DNA of 62,414 nucleotides, from contig JBNGIO010006382.1 of the NCBI GenBank assembly GCA_049999805.1, forward strand, positions 576,171 to 638,584. The letters run 5' to 3'. A model generated the notes under the pieces. The model was not told the DNA's origin. It ran no database searches and worked only from the letters and a program-made list of their open reading frames with translations. Positions 22,537-32,913 of this stretch are shown here, piece by piece. The DNA is from Folioceros fuciformis (Eukaryota). The position numbers and the translations under genes were made by a program. Every line of letters starts with the position of its first letter. Position 1 is the first letter of the stretch.

Positions 22537-24756
22537 ATGCAAGCACTCCAGAAGAAGTGGTGGATTTTGTTTCTCGTGGCAGTCGTCCTCTCTGTCTGGA
22601 ACACTCAACCTGTGCACCGCCTAAACACTGCTCTACGGGACGCTCTGCAAGGCGGTGGAGTGAGAAGGGTGGCAAGTGAGCAACGCGTAAGCTTACTTCC
22701 CCTCGTGGATAAGGTGCATGAAGAGCAGGACGAGTTGAAGCAGCTGAGGGAGAGAGTCAGACAGCAAGAGAATCTAGTTCGGGATCTCCAAATTTCCGTT
22801 AATTCACTTCAAGATGAGCTTCTGGCTGCAAAAGGAGATCAAACACAAGAACTGTTACAGCTCGTTGCAGCTCAGGATCCGTTTTATGAGGGCACGAACG
22901 AAGCCACGAATAAGACGGTGAGCCAACCTGCCAAAACGCAGGATCGGGATAAGAAGGCAAGCCAGGAAGAAATACAGCAGGGCAGGGATATGGAGGCAAT
23001 TCAGAACATTCCTGGGCCCCTGGTGCATTGGAGCACAGATCTTTATCCTCGAAGAATTTGGGGGGATCCCGATGAGGTGAGCTTTGCATGAAGTGTCTGG
23101 CTGACGAGCATTAATAATGGCTCTGAAGGGCATGGACTTTTGAGAGGTGATCGAATTCGCTGTCATGATGTGGATTCCGGATGCGATATTTGCCAGGACT
23201 TTGGCCACACACGACAGCCTACCAATCTGCTGGCGATGGCAGTCGGCATCAAGCAGAAGAGCAACGTTGACAAGATGATGAGGAAGGTAGCGGCCGGTGC
23301 ATGTAGCAGTTTCTTGAAAGTTTTTTGGGCGCGGCACTGTGATTGAGTCTGCTGTTCTGGTCGTCAGTTTCCTGCAGACAATTTCACGATTCTGCTGTTC
23401 CACTACGACCAGTCGTGCTACAGAGAATGGAAGCAGTTTAATTGGAGTGCTCGAGCTGTCCACGTTCAAGTTCCTGCGCAAGGAAAATGGTAGTTAGAAA
23501 TGAACCACACATAGCGGTGGGCACGTGATGCAAGCAGCAGTAAGCGTTTCTGGTAATGCTTTTGTCGCCTCCGATTGACGTTCTCTGCAATCTGACAATG
23601 GCAGGTGGTATGCAAAGCGGTTCATGCATCCAGCCGTGCTGAAGCCGTATGACTACATCTTCTACTGGGACGAGGACCTTGATCTCCAAAATTTCCATGC
23701 TGTCAGGTGTGTTTCCTATGCCAAGCTGCACTGTCAGTCAAATTTTCTGAGCTGCCTGGCTGAGCACTTTGGGAATGAATTCAGTGCGGGAGACTGCAGG
23801 CTGACTAACACGCTTGTGGCCTCATTGCACGCAAAAGCTATTTGGAGACAATGAAGAAACATAAGTTGGAGATCGCACAGCCGGCATTGTACCCGTATGA
23901 CAACCTACACTATGATCTCACCAAGCTGGTTAACAACAGTGAAGTGCACAGAAGAACCAACAATCTCCTGCCAGAGTGGTACCCCAACAGAACCATGTGC
24001 GAGAACGGATCAACCGCCGTTCCTTGTGCAAGGTAAACGCATTTTCCTTTCCCCCATGCCAAACATCCTCTCCATTGACGAAGGTAATGAGAGGTTTCCC
24101 AATCCTTCAGCTTCGTGGAGGTAATGGCTCCAGTCTTCACCAGACGGGCGTGGAGGTGTGTTTGGCACATGATTCAGGTACCTTGTTTGCCCGTCTAGTT
24201 ACAGATCCGATTTCTTTGTAGCAGATGACTCAGCTATCTGATCACATTGTGCAGAATGATCTTGTTCTAGGATGGGGTCTAGACATGGGGTTCAGGGCAT
24301 GCGCAAACGGGCAGCCCCATGAAAACATGGGCATCATCGACTCTGACTTCGTGGCGCACACGTCAAGTTTCTCTCTTGGAAGCGAAGAGGTACGGATAAC
24401 TTGTGAACAACTTCTCTTGCAGTTCTCCTCCGCCTGGGAGAGCTTTCTTGTGTCTTTCACATGTGATTTGCGCTGCAGCTCCTTCTGATCCCCATGCCTT
24501 TGTACAGTCTGGAACAAAAGGGATCCGGCAGAATCAAACCATACGGGACAAGGTATACCATCACATTACTGAGCAAATGCAACAGTTACTCTCCATCGGT
24601 ACTAGGGAAGCAGATCTCCCCCTGTTACATAGACCTCACTGTACGCCTTGAAACAATCAGGTCGATGCAAGGAACTGGCGGGAGTACAACGAGTTCTCGG
24701 AGCGATGGTCCCAAGCCGAAGCCGAAGCCGAAGCCGAGCAAAAGACGCAACCTTGA
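22537..24756 (+). CDS. DUF707 family protein, copy 2 (tandem duplicate)
   Basis: Same motif series and intron positions as copy 1: STDLYPRRIWG, WYAKRFMHP..YDYIFYWDED, FVEVMAPVFTRRAWRCVWHMIQ, NDLVLGWGLD. Ends RWSQAEAEAEAEQKTQP*. An alternative ATG lies at 22483. Confidence 0.88.
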
Positions 24757-25075
24757 CCTTAACTATCCTCCCATCATCCATCGTCGATCTCTGCTCACAG
24801 GGACCAGAAACTCGGCCGATTCTGTAACCACAAACATCCAAATCATCGCACTTCCTTCATGCTGTTCTGATTTTACGCTCCTCTAGCATAGATCGGAAAA
24901 GCTCCTCCCAGCCCATCAGGCGATTCTTGCTGTTCAGCCATGGTTAGGGGGCATGACCTTAAGAGAATGGAGTTCGAGCGGTAGTCTGGCGAGATGTTTG
25001 CGTCATTGTCAGCCTACGCTTAGACAAAGATATTTATATTGTCAGATTGGATGCGATCTTTCATTGCTTATGGAG

Positions 25076-25147
25076 AGCAGTACTACCCCTCTCGGATGGG
25101 GAAGACAACCAAGCAGCACTACCCCTCTCGGATGGGGAAGACAACCA
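25076..25147. repeat. 36-bp direct tandem duplication (x2)
   Basis: agcag(t/c)actacccctctcggatggggaagacaacca occurs twice back to back with one mismatch. Confidence 0.85.
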
Positions 25148-25780
25148 CGGAGTTGGCTGGTAGAGGTTTCACCAGCCTCCTGGGCGGGGTCAGTCTCTTG
25201 TGTCTGGTAGCGGTGTTCTGACGTGCTGGAGGTTTCCATTTCACCCTGTTCTTGCTGCTTGTAGGTCAAAACCAGCATAGCATAGGGCGAACTGACATAA
25301 CATGACTTGTGGAAGTGCGCCATTGCGGGAAGGGCACATTGGGAAGAAGAGGCGCCAACGCTGGGGCGAAACATACTGTATGGCATCAAAACCGGCATAG
25401 ATAAGGACCCTGGCTGTGAGGAAGGACCAAGAGAAGTTGGATCCCGATGATGTCAAATTCACAAGGACTCGTCTTGAACACTTCTTACAGGTCGTCCATA
25501 CACATTATACATCCCAAGTGCCCCTGCGGGCCTTGCCAGGATATTCATCATGTCATCTGAGACCGGTTGGTGCGAGAACTCATTCGCGCATGTTCCGCCT
25601 TTGGTGTCAGCTTCTTCATCCGAAGGGCTGGTTCCCAAGCATATTCTAACAGACCGTATGCATGGTCCTCTGGTTGACACAGATGGTTTTTTGGCCACTT
25701 TTGGAATACAGTTTTATCAATCGATCTAAGGTTCTTTTAAGACTAGAAGGAAGTATTGGGGAGCTGCATCTGGACGAGCT

Positions 25781-26866
25781 ATGGCGGGACTGAAGGTGGG
25801 CCAAGTTGCGGAGCAGAAGAAGAGAGATGGCACGCTCTTCCCGCAAGTGTTGGTGCCGGGGGACGATGCCAAAATCAGTTCCAATTCCAATTCCAATTCG
25901 GTGGTGGAGGCGATAGCGGAGCACAGGGAATGGGTGGAGCAGCAGTTGCTGCAGGCAGGGGCCCTGCTTCTTCGCGGATTCCCGGTGCCTACTCCTGCCG
26001 ATTTCAATGCGGTGGTGGAAGCGTTCGGGTATGATGAGCTGCCGTACGTGGGGGGCGCGGCTCCGCGCTCCAACGTCGTGGGCCGGGTCTTCACTGCCAA
26101 CGAGTCCCCTCCCGACCAGCTCATTCCCTTCCACCACGAGATGGCCCAGGTGCCAGAGTTCCCCCTCAAGCTCTTTTTCTACTGCGAGGTGGAGCCGGCT
26201 CAGGGAGGCGAGACCCCCTTGCTCCTCAGCCACCGCGTCTACTCCAGGATGGCGCAAGAGTGTCCCCAATTCGTGAACCGGCTCGAGGAGCACGGCCTGC
26301 TCTACACCCGCATCCTGGGCCGGGGTGATGATCCGTCCTCCCCGATTGGTCGTGGCTGGCAGTCCACCTTCCTCACGGACGACCCGCTTGAGGCAGAGAA
26401 GAGGTAAGTGTCATATTGCGCACCAGGTAATTCGCGCATTTGGTAGCGTTCAGGATGTGGGTTGTTACGCAGGACTTATGTGATGGCCATCACATGCAGG
26501 GCAGCGAGGCTGGGCATGCGCCTGGAATGGCTGCCCGATGGATGCGTCAAGACTGTCTCAGGGCCCATCCCTGCAGTGAAGCTCGACCGGAAGAGGAACG
26601 GTAGGAAAGTGTGGTTCAACAGCATGGTGGCAGCGTACACTGGCTGGAAGGATGCACGCAATGTCCCTGAGCGTGCTGTCACCTTCGGGGACGGCACTCC
26701 GTTGCCCCCAGAGGCTGTGGAAACCTGTGGCAGAATCATGCAGGAAGAGAGCGTGGCCATTCCCTGGCGCCAAGGTGACATCCTTGTGCTCGACAACATA
26801 GCAGTCCAGCACTCCAGGAGGTCCTTCCATCCGCCTCGCCGAGTGTTGGCATCCCTTGCAAAATAG
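25781..26866 (+). CDS. Clavaminate synthase-like / TauD-family 2-oxoglutarate Fe(II) dioxygenase (At3g21360-like), 2 exons
   Basis: GALLLRGFP, YVGGAAPRSNVVGRVFTANESPPDQLIPFHHEMAQ (HxE ligands), LFFYCEVEP..GGETP, GRGWQSTF, WFNSMVAAY, WRQGDILVLDNIAVQHSR. Intron at ~26404-26499. Confidence 0.93.
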
Positions 26867-27052
26867 TGAGGCAATGTAGACCTTGGTTGGATGTGCCCAA
26901 AACAATCTGTGATCGATGATAACCTTGCGAATCAAACCAAAATACTTTAACCCCGGCTTCTGATTTGCATGCTCTCTCACGCCTCCGCAACTGGAGATAA
27001 TATGGATTTGTAGCTAGGATTTGCGAAACGCAGCTGCAGCAGGCGCATCGCG

Positions 27053-30000
27053 ATGCCGTTAGAGTCGCTGCTTCCCTCGCCGAATTCGGTGCAGGTTGTT
27101 CCGGATAGTGTTGGTGGCAAGGGGGTCTGGATTCATCAGGGCTCTGTGCTTAATCATGGTTCGATACCTGTCCGCACCACTGCAGAGTTTGTCAGCAGTG
27201 CGCCACAGACAGTGCAGGGTCCGTGGCGGGGCAATAGCTCCTATCCTGATTCCAGGCTCAAGCCGAAGCACGAAGGGATTGCTAGGGTACGAGCCTTGAC
27301 GGAGCAAGGGAAGGTGAAGGAAGCTGTCGAGGCATTAGAGCTGTTGTTGCAGCAGGGATGGCACATCACCGAGTCTGTTTTCTATTGTGTGCTCCAGGCG
27401 TGTGTACTAAAGAAGGACTTGGTCTTGGGCAGCCGTGTCCATGCCCAGGTCGTGAGAAGTGGGTACCAGGACCGTCCATTTCTGGCCAACCACATCATTG
27501 GAATGTATGCCTCTCACAAGAGGTTGGGGGAAGCAGTGTCGGTTTTCTCCGGGGTGGCTTCTCCCAATGTCCATATGTGGTCTTCCATTATTTTGGCACA
27601 TGCTCGCCACGGACAGCCCACACGGGCCATACGCTTCTACCGACAGATGAGGGAGTCGAGTGTGAAGCCAGACGACCATGTATATGTGGCGGTGCTCAAG
27701 GCGTGTGCTAGTGCGCAGGATCTTGTTGCCGGCAGAGAGGTACATTCTGACATTATGGGCGTTACCCTGGGATTGAGTGCTTTTGTTGGCAGCAGCCTTG
27801 TCAACATGTATGCTAAGTGTGGCAACTTGGAGGATGCCCGCGAAGTGTTTGAGAGATTGCCCACAAAGTCTGTGGTGTCATGGACTGCCATGATTGCAGG
27901 GTATGCTCACCATGGCCAGGCTCAAGAGGCTCTGGATCTTTATGCAGAGATGCAAAAGGATGGTATGACTCCGGCCAACCAGGCTACCTTTGTGTGTCTG
28001 CTTCAAGCTTGTGGCAGTCTCGGAGCCCTGCTCCACGGGAAGGAGCTTCACGCACAAATCCAGAAACACGGGCTGGAAGTTAATTTGGTTGTTAGTAACT
28101 GCTTGTTGGACATGTACTGTAAATGTGCGAGCTTGGAGGATGCTCGGGGATTGTTTGACAGAATTTCCACTAGGGATGTCGTTACGTGGACAACCATGCT
28201 TGCAGGATATATTCAGCATGGCCTTGCACAAGACGCCCTTGATCTGTATTCCAGCATGCAGCAGGAGACAAAAATCCTTCCTGATTGTGTTACGTATCTG
28301 TGCCTCCTCCAAGCGTGTGCTACTGTCAGAGCGCTGGATCAGGGGAAGCAGCTGCATGCAGAGATTCAGGATAGGGGCCTGGAGGCTGATGCCTCTCTTG
28401 GCATTAGCTTGGTTGACATGTATGCGAAATGCGGTAGCTTGGATGATGCTCTCATGGTGTTTGACAGGCTGCCCACCAAAGATGTTGTGACCTGGAACGT
28501 CCTAATCGCAGGTTATGTCCATCGAGGGCTCGCTCAGCAAGCCCTAGCATTGTACGCCAGTATGCAACAGGAGGGCATTGTGTCAGCCAGTCAAGCCACG
28601 TTTGTGTGCCTACTTCAAGCCTGTGCTAGAGCCGGAGCTGAGCAGCATGGGAAGAAATTGCATGAACAGATAGAGAAACAGGGATTGCACTGTGATGTGA
28701 TCCTTGGGAATTGCCTGATTGACATGTATGTAAATTTCAGTAACTTGGAAGATGCTCGCAAAGTGTTTGACAGATTACCCATAAGGGATGTAGTTACTTG
28801 GACGACCATGATGGCAGGATATGTCCAGGAAGGAAGGGATCACGAAGCTCTGGGTTTGTACTCAAATATGCAGCGAGAGGGCCTAACGGCAGCCAACCAT
28901 GTCACGTTTTCGTGCCTCCTTCAAGCATGTGTGAGTCTGGGAGAATTGGATCAGGGCAAGCACTTACATGCAGAGATTAGTGAGAGAGGTTTGGAAGCCA
29001 ATCTATCTCTTGGCAGTAGTCTAGTGGATATGTACGCGAAATGCGGGAGCTTAGATGATGCTCGTAGAGTGTTTGATAGATTACCCACGAGAGATGTCGT
29101 AACATGGACTGCCATGGTGGCGGGATATGCTCAGCATGGACTCGGTAAAGAAGCCCTCGAAGTTTTTAAGTGCATGCAAGAGGCCATGGTTGCACCCACG
29201 TGTGTGACCTACGTGTGCCTCTTGCAAGCATGTGGCAGTGTTGGAGCTCTGGATGATGGGAAGCAGCTCCATGCGCAGATAGAGGAAAGGGGACTGGAAG
29301 TTGATGTGCAATTGGGAAACTGCCTGTTAGACATGTATGTAAAATGCGGAAGTCTGGAAGATGCTCGCAGAGTGTTTGACAGGCTGCACACACGAGATGT
29401 GGTGACATGGACTGCCATAATCTCGGGATATGCCCGAGAGGGAATGAGCGAGGAAGCCTTCTATGTATACTCACTTATGCAGCAAGATGGCAGCGCTCAG
29501 GCAAATCCTATCACCTTGGTGTGTCTGCTTCAAGCGTGTGCTAGCGTTGGATGGCTGGATGAAGGGAGGCAGCTCCATGCAGATGTCTGTGAAAGAGGGT
29601 TGGAAGCTGATGCGTCAATTGGCAGCAGCCTGGTCAGCATGTATGCAAAGAGTGGGAGTGTTGAAGTTGCTCGCACCCTGTTTGACAGATTGCCCACAAG
29701 AGATGTGGTGACATGGAACGCCATGATAGCAGGGTATACCCAGCAGGGGCTTGGTCTAACAGCACTTGCTCTGTATGCCAGCATGCAGGAGGAGGTCCAT
29801 TGCTTAGCAGATAGTGTCACATATATGTGCCTTTTGCAAGCATGTGCCAAAATCGGGTCTTTGCAGCAGGGGAAGGAGATTCATGCAGAGATGCATCAAA
29901 GAGGTCTGGAGGCTGATGCAATTATTGGCAACTGCCTAGTTGACATGTATTTGAAATGTGGGAGTTTGGAAGACGCGCGAAGAGTATTCGACAGATTGCT

Positions 30001-31219
30001 TACAACAAACGAGGAAACTTGGACTGCCATGATCGCAGAATATGCCCAGCAGGGGATGGGTCAAGATGCCTTTTGTCTTTTTGCAAACATGCCGCAAGTA
30101 GGGAACAGTCGAGCAGCATACGTGAATCTCCTCAACGCATGCACCGCCCTCGGAGCTTTGCAAAAGGGGAAGGAGATTCATTCGCAAATTCAGCTCAAAG
30201 GGCTAGAAGCCGATTTAGTTATTGGCAACTGCCTAGTAGACATGTACTCGAAATGTGGAAGTCTGGCAGACGCTTTCAGAGTTTTCGACAGATTACATGT
30301 AAGAGATGTGGTGACATGGACTTCTCTTCTCAATGGTTACGGCAGACATGGTGATGGACAATCGGCAGTTTGGTGTTTTGATGAGATGCAAAGACAAGGC
30401 TTTGAGCCCAACGAAACTACTTACGTTAGTCTTCTCTTGGCCTGCAGTCATGCAGGCCTGGTGCCTGAGGGTAGACGATACTTCAGGATGATGGTGGAGG
30501 ACTGTGGGATTGTTCCCACTGACTATCACTACAGTTGTATGATTGATCTTCTTGGGCGGTCAGGCTATCTGGATGAGGCAGAAGAGATTTTGGGGAGTGT
30601 GCCTCTTCAAGACCCCTTGGTGGGATGGACATCGTTGTTAACTTCGTGCAAAAGCCACAACGACGCGGAGCGGGGAAGGCGTTGTTTCGATCGTCTTGTA
30701 AGATTGGAACCCGAAAATGCAAGTGCGTATGTTCTTATGGGTAACATCTATGCCGACGCCGGCAGTTGGAAGGATGTAGATAGGATAGAAACCAAGAGAA
30801 AGGCAGCATGTGCTTGGAAGAAGCCTGCTAAAGCATGTATAGTGGTGGAGAACAAGACGCACGAGTTCACTGTGGGCGAAGAAAGGGATCTTTTCTCGAA
30901 GCTGAGGAGTGTGACAACTAGGCTAAAAGAGGAAGGTGGCCATGTGCCACAAACCAGCTTGGTGCTAAGAGACGTATCGAACCAGGAGAAAGAAGATGCT
31001 CTGTGTGGACATGCAGAGAAACTGGCATTGGCATATGGTCTGCTGAACACTCCAGACGGCACATCTTTGCTAGTTACTAAAAATCTTCGCATGTGCAATG
31101 ACTGCCACAGTAGCACTAAGATCATGTCAAATCTCGAAAAGCGACACATTATAGTTAGAGACTCAAATCGAACACACCATTTTGTGGATGGATGTTGCTC
31201 CTGTGACGATAGACATTGA
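27053..31219 (+). CDS. PLS-class pentatricopeptide repeat protein with E1/E2 and DYW:KP (DRH-type) deaminase-like domain; candidate organellar RNA editing factor
   Basis: Single 1388-aa ORF with about 10 P-L-S triplets (LVDMYAKCGSL.DARRVFD / DVVTWTAMIAGY / TYVCLLQAC) and E domains. C-terminus KKPAKACIVV...CGHAEKLALAYGL...KNLRMCNDCH...IIVRDSNRTHHFVDGCCSCDDRH. Confidence 0.96.
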   Translation: MPLESLLPSPNSVQVVPDSVGGKGVWIHQGSVLNHGSIPVRTTAEFVSSAPQTVQGPWRGNSSYPDSRLKPKHEGIARVRALTEQGKVKEAVEALELLLQQGWHITESVFYCVLQACVLKKDLVLGSRVHAQVVRSGYQDRPFLANHIIGMYASHKRLGEAVSVFSGVASPNVHMWSSIILAHARHGQPTRAIRFYRQMRESSVKPDDHVYVAVLKACASAQDLVAGREVHSDIMGVTLGLSAFVGSSLVNMYAKCGNLEDAREVFERLPTKSVVSWTAMIAGYAHHGQAQEALDLYAEMQKDGMTPANQATFVCLLQACGSLGALLHGKELHAQIQKHGLEVNLVVSNCLLDMYCKCASLEDARGLFDRISTRDVVTWTTMLAGYIQHGLAQDALDLYSSMQQETKILPDCVTYLCLLQACATVRALDQGKQLHAEIQDRGLEADASLGISLVDMYAKCGSLDDALMVFDRLPTKDVVTWNVLIAGYVHRGLAQQALALYASMQQEGIVSASQATFVCLLQACARAGAEQHGKKLHEQIEKQGLHCDVILGNCLIDMYVNFSNLEDARKVFDRLPIRDVVTWTTMMAGYVQEGRDHEALGLYSNMQREGLTAANHVTFSCLLQACVSLGELDQGKHLHAEISERGLEANLSLGSSLVDMYAKCGSLDDARRVFDRLPTRDVVTWTAMVAGYAQHGLGKEALEVFKCMQEAMVAPTCVTYVCLLQACGSVGALDDGKQLHAQIEERGLEVDVQLGNCLLDMYVKCGSLEDARRVFDRLHTRDVVTWTAIISGYAREGMSEEAFYVYSLMQQDGSAQANPITLVCLLQACASVGWLDEGRQLHADVCERGLEADASIGSSLVSMYAKSGSVEVARTLFDRLPTRDVVTWNAMIAGYTQQGLGLTALALYASMQEEVHCLADSVTYMCLLQACAKIGSLQQGKEIHAEMHQRGLEADAIIGNCLVDMYLKCGSLEDARRVFDRLLTTNEETWTAMIAEYAQQGMGQDAFCLFANMPQVGNSRAAYVNLLNACTALGALQKGKEIHSQIQLKGLEADLVIGNCLVDMYSKCGSLADAFRVFDRLHVRDVVTWTSLLNGYGRHGDGQSAVWCFDEMQRQGFEPNETTYVSLLLACSHAGLVPEGRRYFRMMVEDCGIVPTDYHYSCMIDLLGRSGYLDEAEEILGSVPLQDPLVGWTSLLTSCKSHNDAERGRRCFDRLVRLEPENASAYVLMGNIYADAGSWKDVDRIETKRKAACAWKKPAKACIVVENKTHEFTVGEERDLFSKLRSVTTRLKEEGGHVPQTSLVLRDVSNQEKEDALCGHAEKLALAYGLLNTPDGTSLLVTKNLRMCNDCHSSTKIMSNLEKRHIIVRDSNRTHHFVDGCCSCDDRH

Positions 31220-31385
31220 CTGTTGTGTGATTGTGATCGTGAAGGGCGGACGAGTTGCATGAATACTCTCAAAACACTGTTGAGATACAAAACGAAGCTC
31301 GCCTTGATCAGAAAGATCCGCCACATCCCTCCACCCCTCACTTCTCGATCACTTCCCCTACACAGTCCAGGTGTTTGCGCAACAC

Positions 31386-32751
31386 CTAGTACGTGGGCAC
31401 TGATGTGTCCACTTGAATTGAGTAGGCATGTATCCCTCCAGCGACGTTATACACTCTCTTGAATCCCTGCGACTTGAGCCACTGAGCCGCCTGCATCGAC
31501 CTTACTCCGTGATGGCACTGCAACAAAACGTACGTGGTACATGAGACAAAAAATTGGATAGGCATAGTGGGTAGGTTTGTAGAGGTGCATTTGGCAGAGG
31601 TATTCCTACCAAAACATAGGTGTCCTTGGCAAGATCGAGCTGCTCTGAAATCGTGGGAGCCCATTTGCCAAATTCACTCAGGGGATAGGCTTTGAAACCC
31701 TGGATTGCAGCAATTTCTCTGAAAAAGCAAACAGCATGCTTAGCAGCCAGTGGATGCAAATCGGATTGGCTGTAATCTGGAAGGTGGCTTACATTTCGCT
31801 GGGTTCTCGCACGTCGATGAGCTGCACATCATCCCTGCTCAAGTGGTTGGCGAGCTCGGCCGGTTCAATTTGTCGGAGAAAACCAGCGGGTCTGTCAGGT
31901 AACAGGCAGACGAGGAGTCAATTGGTGGACGCGCTCTCCAGCAAACGGGTAGACAGGTGTCAACAGTACCTCTCTTGAAGCACCTGCAGCAAGTGCCAGC
32001 CATGCTTCGTCTTGACACGAACTGGCTTGTTCAACGGAGCGGAGAATGCCGCCTCTTCAAACTCTCGCACCTGCTGGCGCGCTTGTCAATCACAAGGGAA
32101 CGTACGGAGAGGAAGCGAGAGACCGAGCATGCAGGGCAAGGTTCACTCACGGTTCGGCCCTTCTCGATCCATCCCAGCATACCCCCTTGCCCTGCTGAGG
32201 GGCAGATGGAATGCTCGGTTGCAAGATCAGCCAAATCTTCACCTTCTGTGGCAGCAGAAGGAGGAGATAGTGAATCTCGCGCATGAGACAACTCTGGACG
32301 AAGGTGCGGACTCAGGACCAGGAGCGAATACCCAAGACCTTGCGCTGGATGTCCAGCAACAGCTGTAGCTGGTCTTCCTTAACCAGGGCATGTTGCACCA
32401 AGATTTCGCGGTCCTGGGTGTTCACCCCACCGCCAGCACCCGAGGCCGTTGCCGCACCTGCCAATCCCAACGCGCACAATCGCACATTCAGCAGCGAATT
32501 CAAGAACAACCCAGAATCCAGCAGCCAGGCTACGCTCGTTACCAACCGGAGAAGCACCTTCTGCCCCTGACGAGAGCTTGGGAGCCTGGGCGAGGGACAA
32601 CCTGTGAGGCAAGTGATCTTGCGGGGGAAGTGCAGCTTAGAAGGGAGACGGATAGCCCCCGGCACACACCCCCAGCTTTCTCATAGCCTCTGCCACACTT
32701 TAAAGCGTATCGGGCTCGCACCAGCCCCGAGCGGGCTCCCAAAGCCGCCAT
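31386..32751 (-). CDS. STR12: Rhodanese-like/PpiC (parvulin) domain protein, plastid (STR12-like), multi-exon
   Basis: PpiC part: REILVQHALVKEDQ, DLADLATEHSICPS..GGMLGWI. Rhodanese part: QLIDVREPSE, CHHGVRSMQAAQWLKSQGFKRVYNVAGGIHAYS..VDTSVPTY*. Confidence 0.9.
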
Positions 32752-32913
32752 CGCCTTAGCCTAGTGTTAATGCTCGGAGAGAGAGACAAGGTACTCACGT
32801 TTGAAGAAGTAGGTGTGATAATACAAGGCTATGGTTACAGAGATGATGCAACGAAGGTCGCACATTGCAGCAAGAGGAGCACCCAGGAGAGATGTGAAAG
32901 AATGCGCTGCACC

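Noticed and set aside
24950-25720. Exon-like fragments (e.g. IRTLAVRKDQEKLDPDDVKFTRTRLEHFLQ) suggesting a pseudogene
   Set aside because: Adjacent segments contain stops and I cannot assign a family.
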